Shown here in pieces: positions 56,901 to 64,000 of a stretch of DNA of 64,000 nt. This DNA is from Iphione sp. A-MEVVRFRX5 (Eukaryota). The position numbers and the translations under genes were made by a program. The notes under the pieces are model-generated. The model saw nothing but the letters and a program-made list of their open reading frames with translations, made no database searches and was not told the DNA's origin. Position 1 is the stretch's first letter. Every line of letters begins with the position of its first letter. The stretch is from assembly GCA_976226885.1 (NCBI GenBank), contig OZ320315.1:41974001-42038000 (forward strand), in the 5' to 3' direction.

Positions 56901-59900
56901 GGAGGCTCGAGCTGCTGTCTTGGGATGGGCATTGATCGCAGATGGGCGGCGGCGAGGCCGACCAACACTGTAGATCGGGGGATCATGTCTGGTTGCCTAG
57001 TAAGCCCTGTAAGATGAGGCAGATACCTTCTGGGACAAAGCGCCCCAAGAAAAGAGCCTTTGATGTTCAACAGAGGGAACTCCTGAAGCAGCCAGGATCA
57101 CTTATCTCCTCAGGACCGTAGCATGTCACAAGCGACAGCGGGATGTTTTTGCTCGAGCACAATTAATGAAGAGGTTTTAAGAAAATCACAGAAGAAAACT
57201 TCAAGGAGGAGAGTCTATATTTCTGTATTAGCCTACCGCCATACTAAAAACTTGACATAGTAAAAATTGAAATGTCATCTCTCGAACAAGCGCAGAAGAA
57301 ACATAGGGATTTTGTATCGTTTAACATTCTATTCATTACAATACCTAGCGTTGGTTTTTACTTATCATTTCAGAACTAACCATGGTAACAAAAATTGTAC
57401 AGAATGCTGACTTTTACTTCCTTTGTAGAGTTTTTTCCCCTTCAAATTACAGATCTGAAAATTTTACACGTTTCCCATTGGGATGAAGCAAACGTCTTAA
57501 TCGAACGCTCCTTTTAATCAATGGCAAGTCGTTTTTTATCTTACAAATCTTGTCAGCTTTCTAATACAAACGCGTCGATCCGTTTGTCTACAGGGGTAGA
57601 AGTGCCCCATAGGATATTCTCTGCGCACAACAGAGCACGTGACCTTGGATGACGTCAGGGAGTGTGCGTCCGGAAAGAAAGCTCAGACGACAGTTTTGTG
57701 GAGAAACAAGCGCCTTCGGCGCTTGCACTGGTAGTTGATACAAATACATGACATTTGCGATCGCCACAACCTTCACCCAGTCATTTGAGCCACTAATCCA
57801 CAGGGGGGATAAACCTTTCTGGTGGAGCATTCTCTCGCCTGGGCTTCACTGGATGGGGATGTAGGTCAGTGTATTCAAATGAAAGTAGGACTACATGTAT
57901 ATCCCTACTCCAACTGAGAAAAGAGTGCATCTCTCTCTAAATATTTTTCTTATTACAGCATTCTAATCCTTTCTAATAATCTTGTCTAGCAAATCTTCCT
58001 GAAAGATACTTCTGTGAAGGCTATATATACAAAAATAACTTATTTTGTCATAAGGTAGGAAGGAACTGGTTGACGGATCTACTTTCAGCCTACTTCCGGC
58101 AGCCATTTTAAAAGAGGGAGGGTAAAAACGAGCCGCCGACGAACCCTGGAGACAGCGCCGAGACGGCCCCACGTGGATGGAAAGACATTACGGCACAGCC
58201 CACACCGTCCGCACATAGGTGCTGCGGTGATCATTGATATTCCCACACAGCCCTTGTCCTAGAGACCTCCCCGAAGCTCTCCTGGGCGCGCGTCCGCCTT
58301 TGTCGCGTTGCCGCGCGGGCTTTACGCGCGCTCCGACTTACTCCGCGTGAAGCATGCGCAATGACCCGCGCGCCTCCGAGTGTCATTAACAGTGCTTCGC
58401 CCGGCGCGGGGCACGGTCGAGAAGAAGACGCATTGCCACCCCCTAAATATCAATTTACTGAGCTATAAACGTCTTGCAAGCAGTGACCGCATCCGTCCGG
58501 GCCGCCTTCGTGCCAGACTTGGGTCTTAAAGGTCCCGCCGATGGTTCTTCGATCTTTGCACATGCCATTCTCTGTTTCTCTTTCATGCTCACCTTAACCC
58601 CAGCGCATAAATCTTAGATGATCTTCTCCCAAGCTAATGGTGCGAACTCGAGTCTCCTGTTAAGATCTCGAGGACACAAACACAAGAAAGAAAGCACGGG
58701 ACTGGAAGGAACAGGTCGCCGAGCACCCGACTGGTCGCGCCTGACAATTGTTGCAGTTTGACAGTGCGGGGTAGCCTTTGAACGGATGGCTGCATTATCA
58801 TCTCTTGGTGCCTATTTGAGCAGGGATGATCCATTAAATGCATGCGCGTACGCGCGCGTTTCTCTGTACGTCTCTGCTCGCACATGTGTGTCCGTGTGTA
58901 TTTGTGTGTATTGGCCCGGCGTTGGGAGGGGGACAGAGGGGTTACGGGTCGAGTGGTAACCAAGAGGTGAAAACAAATGACAACGGACGTCCGTCCTCTT
59001 CAGCAGTGAAGACGGTTCGCTTGAGAGCCCGTGAGGTGCAGAAGGGTTCGTCTAATGTCCCTGATGGCCGCCTCGACAAAGACGCGGGCGTGATGAATCA
59101 ACGCCCTCTGTCGTCGCCGTGGCGTAAAGCATTTAGGCGCGACGTCACGCTGCCATGCGTCATGACGCTTACACCCCGGTTTTCTCCATCAGAATTTTAA
59201 ATGTGCCTGACCGACTCCGCCTTACATTTGACCCTCGCTCTTGCACGACCCTTTTGGTCTACCTCTGCTGCCCTTGCCTCACCCATGTGGCTTTCAAGAG
59301 CATGACCGCTCCGCGAAACGGCATTCCAATGGCCTCGATCACCTGAACATTGGCCCCCCCCCCCTACCTAACAACCAGGCAGAAGGAGCAAGTCCCCATA
59401 ACTTTCGGCAATAAGTAAATCATCCATCATTTCCTCATCCATTATTTTCCTTCTTGTATGCTGATTTCGTAATGACGTTACGAAAGGAACGCCACACGAC
59501 ACTCATTGCATGTCTGTGATATTCTCTGTATTGTTAATCCGGAAAAGTGAAAGTATTGTCACTGCGTTCTTTGCTACTTCTTAGTTTAACCTCGGAGGTC
59601 TTGTTTTCGTGTGGCTCGACCGCTAAATTCAAAATAAGCTCCTTTTCGTGGCAGCCAGCTGTGAGCCCATGCTTGTTTACGGAGCCTTACAACCACATAA
59701 ATAGCACATTGCCTCCCGATCCAATCTAGACACCAGACCGTTTTGCTGGGTTCTCCTTAAACTTCTTCTCCAAATATATTATCAGACAAACGTGTCTCTG
59801 GCCGCACTAAGAAGTCCTTAGTGTCCGTCTGGCGGCGCTGGTCGAGTGCAGCCAGCCATCTATAACGCCATCAGGAGCAGATCCATCACCGGCTCCGCCC

Positions 59901-61403
59901 AGTCAATAGCCGCCCGTGTGGCTGCAGGCCGTGGGCTCGGATGGTTGGCGGCTTGCTCCGTCATTGAACATCCAGTCTTTGCTGACCGCTGGTTCTTAGG
60001 CGGAACGCGTATAGGCTTAGGCTAAGATAATAAGACCCCGAAGTCAGTTTATTTCAGTCACATTCAACGTCGCCTCGTCAGAAATAGTCTCGCTTGAATA
60101 GGAACAGATGGTGCTGCAGTGCAGTGCTCTGAAATTAGTATACCGGTCCTAAACTCATTCCACCTACTTTCGCAGCTTATACATGTATATGCCCGCTTTC
60201 CACTCTTCGTGCTCTTTTCTTCTCTGTCTCCTTCATCCTCTCCCTCTATTCTTTTTTTCATTTGTGTATACTTCTTCCTTCTACTTCTCCGAGGTCCCTT
60301 TTCTCGAACCACTTCTCATCCATTCAATTTCAATCAAATCCTCGCGGACCACCGGCGTCCCGTCCGTCTTCCGCTCGCCGTCCGCTGATGATTTTCATGG
60401 ATTCCCGAGTCAATGGAAGTGGCGTGGGACATCCACTGTCGACTGGGGTCTTCGCTGTGAGATTGCCTCACCGGTTGCAGTGCTTCATCGGAGAAAGCCC
60501 GCAAGAGAGGCCCACGATTGCATTCCGCCAGCAACGATGGCGCAGCCAGGTCATCTTCGTTAAAGATGGTGTCCATCAAGTGTCATTATCGTCTTCTATC
60601 CGCTGAGCTGCTCGCTGGCTGCTCGCGCTTGTTATTGACTTCGCCCTCTGGGAAATCACATCATGCGACCAGTGCTCGCTCGTTGCTCGGCCCGAACTGA
60701 TTTTTATGGAACAGCAAGGTTCCCCCATCTGTCCTAATGACCACTTAGGTCGATTACATGATGCCCGCGACCAAGGTGACTATAGTATTCCACGGTGCGC
60801 ACCGGCCGCAAGGGACCATAGGGGGGAGGGTTCCTGATATTTTCGAGCTTACCTGTCTTTTTTTTTTGCTTGAAGCAATATCCATACAGGGACGTATTTG
60901 ATGGGGAGCATGGACCCTTCACTGGCTTATATGACCGCCAAGTTCCCTTGCTTATAGATGTAATGTTCTAGCTCGCGGTTGATTATTTCCGCTTCTCCTT
61001 TTCATCGTCGGTATACATTCATAATCGTAGCCAAGGGGGTCAAAGGTGCTTAGTTTCTATTAATCCAGCTTATATGATCCCCACCAAGCCAGGATTTATC
61101 AGTCTACCGAAATAAGTAGTAAAGGCGCCTATATAATGCTCAATAACGATACGATGAAGCTGCCTTGGGATAACTATGTTATTCTTTTGTACCATATTCC
61201 TACAGACGAGATATAATAATACATCGGTTGTATCGTATTCTTCCAGGACAAGGTGCAGCCAAGCTTGAGGAGTCAACGTTCACAAAAACGGCGTTGGTGC
61301 GGCGAGGAGGCAACGCGAAGTTTGATTGCCGTTACGAAAACAGCATACTTACTGAATGGTACTTCGACGACAAGCGCATCGTGAACTCGACGAGTCACAC
61401 CAA
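23829..61403 (+). CDS. PTK7: Partial multi-exon gene, PTK7/CCK4/off-track-like Ig-domain receptor (three coding exons visible; the gene extends beyond both window ends)
   Basis: Joined translation: (W)LAKQAEVHLRHPKLESHIQEFVSLSLKC/xAEGNPEPTVEWYKNKI-R-IFSNDLIKFHKNRIKITNITSQDNGIYSCIASNTAGSIESVDNFLLNVE-G-QGAAKLEESTFTKTALVRRGGNAKFDCRYENSILTEWYFDDKRIVNSTSHT. This aligns by eye with recalled vertebrate PTK7 Ig2-Ig3 (W-IEAGPVVLKHP...TLRCHIDGHPRPTYQWF...GLYSCCAHSAFG...SQNFTLSI...VARYEEAMFHCQF...QWLFED). Phases match across introns (AG+A=Arg, G+GA=Gly). Orthology is from recall, not a search. Confidence 0.75.
24212..24868. mobile_element. Possible non-autonomous piggyBac-like MITE
   Basis: TTAA lies at both 24208-24211 and 24869-24872, flanking ends CCCTTTGA... 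and ...TCAAGGGG (reverse complement CCCCTTGA, 7/8 match). The TIR is short and there is no ORF. Confidence 0.3.
27888..27902. repeat. (AG)n microsatellite
   Basis: Directly visible. Confidence 0.9.
34557..34674 (+). repeat. Dispersed 118-bp copy (X') of part of the downstream tandem unit
   Basis: Matches 35652-35769 with 3 mismatches seen. Confidence 0.92.
35392..36409 (+). repeat. Tandem array, 379-bp period, about 2.7 copies (Y-X-Y-X-Y)
   Basis: Units start at 35392, 35771 and 36150. The only difference noticed is G35423 versus A35802/A36181. Identical translations start at 35453, 35832 and 36211. Confidence 0.97.
42958..43106 (+). CDS. PTK7: PTK7-like exon, C-terminal half of Ig2
   Basis: Acceptor tttatcttccAG and donor GAAG|gtcagt; 149 nt, phase 2 to phase 1. 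Encodes IKITNITSQDNGIYSCIASNTAGSIESVDNFLLNVE, containing the I-set D-x-G-x-Y-x-C motif. Confidence 0.92.
51572..51922 (+). mobile_element. tRNA-derived SINE with a Deu/Nin-domain-like core and (TGAAAA)n tail
   Basis: A box TAGCTCAGTGG (51577-87), B box GGTTCAATCCC (51620-30), intact D arm GCTC/GAGC and acceptor-like GGAGT/ACTCC pairing. The core aaaaagacccca...ctattcgaaataagagtagggggcaaccccgggtattctggtc resembles the recalled DeuSINE core. Tail is tgaaaatgaaaatgaaaa. The anticodon arm is degenerate, so this is not a functional tRNA. Confidence 0.8.
52341..52469. other. Assembly gap (129 N)
   Basis: Run of N characters. Confidence 1.
58100..58520. promoter_or_regulatory. CpG-dense GC-rich intronic patch (candidate enhancer or internal promoter)
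   Basis: Dense CGCG runs (gggcgcgcgtccg, ccgcgcggg, tacgcgcgc, cccgcgcgcc) and an NRF1-like gcatgcgca at about 58352. Function is inferred only. Confidence 0.35.
61247..61403 (+). CDS. PTK7: PTK7-like exon, N-terminal half of Ig3
   Basis: Acceptor gtattcttccAG and donor CAA|gtaagt; 157 nt, phase 1 to phase 2, open throughout. Encodes ALVRRGGNAKFDCRYENSILTEWYFDDKRIVNST with the B-strand Cys and C-strand Trp. It is missing from the ORF track because it has no start codon. Confidence 0.88.
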
Positions 61404-64000
61404 GTAAGTGATATCTTTAGTTTAAACAGTACATAAATATGACTTGAGGACGTGCCTGGTATGGACTAGGCATGCTCCAATAGGTCACAATGTTCCACTA
61501 ACCAGTTCCGAAATGTCTCCGAAAATCTGTTAACGACTTTCGGAAATGTCCAAAGGATACTGGCAGAGATCCCTGAATTGCTAGATACCAGCGAATCTAT
61601 ATTCCATACTGACATTGTTTGCAAATCGTGCTGCATAAAAAAAACTCGTACCACGCGCTCTATACCACCTATTCCTCAGTTCTACCTGTACATGTACTAT
61701 TGTGTCCTGATTCGCAAGCGTAGGGTGGTCCTGTGGCAGCGTACATTGAAACTTTCAGTTCCTAATAGTGGAGGCTAGAGTGCAGCCTCTTGGTAATACA
61801 TCGAGGTCGGCTAAGTGGCGTTGTCTGCCTAGGTGTCGAATGCTAGGACCCAGGCGCCTCTCGCCTCTGACCTCAGCCATCGGTGGGCGGTTTGGTGTGC
61901 GCTGGATCATGCATCCTTAGAGCAACTCTGCTTATTTAACTCTGTTGACCTGGCTCTAATAAATAACTAACAAACATATTCCAGAAGAAGTCGCTGTCAC
62001 CCGACGTTGGAACATATTCTAGTTCGGTCTAGATGGCTTACGTTGAGGACGTTCCCAAATCAATTTGAACTGAATCGTTTATAAACTGAGATTATCTTTA
62101 ACTACTGAAGTTTTTTCAAATATAATGCCAAGAACAGACTGAGAAAACTGAAGTTTCTCATAGTAGTCAAACAGTTATAGAGGATATTCACGTATTTGTA
62201 GATGATACTCACGACTAGCTAATATTCCGTCAATGTGGCTTTCCTCTGATAGTGCATGGCTGGTGTCTAAATGCATACTGTGTTTTACAACTTGTGTATT
62301 TGTCCATTTTGCTCCATTGCTATCGCTGCAAAATAGAATTAGTCGCATTTTGCGTTTTTGTTCCAAGAGGTTAGGACTCTTTAGACGAGCAGCGACTAGG
62401 GGAAGACCGCCAGACAGACACAGAGAATATGTTCCCGACTGAAATGTCACCTGGCCTGGCATAAATAATTCTGTTTGTCTCCTCGGTCGCCATGGTAATG
62501 TCAGCACTGCAAGACACAGATTAGTAGTAATCAGATTAACCTGTCCCACCGCGGCTGGCTCAAGTATCACAGACTTCCCCGTTCGAGAAGGCGCCATTTC
62601 ATTCTGCTTAGCATTTCAGACATATTCACAAGCTTCCCCGGCGAATAACAGAATAAAGCAACTGCATAACTAAATTTTCTACCCTGTTAATCTCTCCAAA
62701 TATCATTTCAATACTGAGTAAGCTTTTGTCGCTGCGATGGTGATTAATCCGCTCCTCTCCAGGCTGCCAATAAAATGGAGACGTCCCAGCTGCACTGTCA
62801 ACAATATTCATTGTTTGTACAGATATCGTCCGGGGAGGGACTTGAAATAGGAGTCAGTTTTCAAGCAGGATGTGTGGGCAGGGTGCCACGTATGCTGAGG
62901 GTCACTGCTTAAAGTAACATTAAATGTCGGCCAAATATGACGAATGTCACATCGGGGCATTGTATAGCCCCTAGGCCAGGCGGATACGCAATAGATTGCC
63001 AATATAGATATGGCGCTAGCAGGCGGTGACAGAACTGCTATCTCCTTCTGATAATGCCAATATCTGTGATGGGCCAATGAAGATGGGTAGGCCGTCATCA
63101 AAGTGGCACACGTTATTTGGCACGTTACATTCCAATTTCAAGGCTACAATGGCATTCTCCAGGGTCAATACTGCTATATCTCTAGATTTATATTAAACTG
63201 TTTCAATCTTAAAACCACAGGTAAAATTGCCTTTTGAAATATCCTCGCGATGTATCTCCGGTAGCTCCAGCCAGTGCTGTATTGTTTGGGACGTTTTTCC
63301 CTATCATTTCCCAATCAGATTAAATATTCACTTTGATCGGAGTGTTTGTTTTGATTACGTGCAACTTTAACAGGACAATGCCCTATTAGTGTACACTCGT
63401 CACGCACCGACTCTATAGCGTTTGCTTATTCATCTAATTCCATTTTATGAAAATTATTTATTCAAAGCATTAGAGACGTAGCTATTCCATGCTAGTTCTT
63501 GTTACTTCATATGCACGTGTATATACTAATGAATAGATGGGTAAATGTTTGCTGCTCATTCCATAGACGCAAGGATGTAATTCAATCCACACCAAAGGCA
63601 ATCACGTCTGTCTCATTCTCTCTCATTGAAACGAAATCCCTTTCACCACACTTTGCATCTGAGTCACTTTTCCTGTCATTGGGAGTATCGGCCACATATA
63701 CCCATTTCCCAACCCTGAGCCATGTCAACGCCAGATTCTTTAATGAAGTGCCAGGAAAAATAGGTTTTGGGGGGACCTTCTATGTCGGTTCACCATGCTC
63801 TCGTTTAGGTTCACTCGCTCGGTGAGATTTATGCTTCCCCGGAGTTGGCTGAAGATGCCTATTCGGTGGCGCGGTATTATGGGCGGTGCTCCTGTTCCAG
63901 CACCCACTAATCATTACGAAGCCTTGGAAAGCAGGCGCCGCCATCCAGGTGGCCCTTAAGAACCTGTCAGTAGGCAGTGCCTCCCAAATCACGGATCGCG

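Noticed and set aside
1-64000. CRISPR arrays, prokaryotic operons, rRNA genes or intact transposase/RT genes
   Set aside because: None seen; the sequence has spliceosomal introns and only short or broken ORFs.

Overview
Eukaryotic (animal) genomic DNA. It looks like an invertebrate, plausibly amphioxus-like; this is inferred from a Deu/Nin-type SINE, the LINE families and the very frequent TACATGTA motif, and is not proven. The window is almost entirely intronic. Three small + strand exons (23829-23962, 42958-43106, 61247-61403) have canonical AG/GT sites and matching splice phases. They encode Ig2 and the first half of Ig3 of a PTK7/off-track-like receptor and are separated by introns of about 19.0 kb and 18.1 kb. 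The first exon is frameshifted right at its conserved Cys; duplicating a 5-bp unit (AGTGC) there would restore the canonical C-x-A-x-G-x-P motif. The introns hold several degraded non-LTR retrotransposon relics (RTE-like and CR1/L2-like), one tRNA-derived SINE, a possible TTAA-flanked MITE, microsatellites, a 379-bp tandem array with a chimeric Y-X-Y-X-Y structure, a 129-N assembly gap and several enhancer-like patches. No prokaryotic systems (CRISPR, operons) and no intact transposon ORFs were found. I saw no convincing wholly new biological system; the best leads are the frameshift and the chimeric array.
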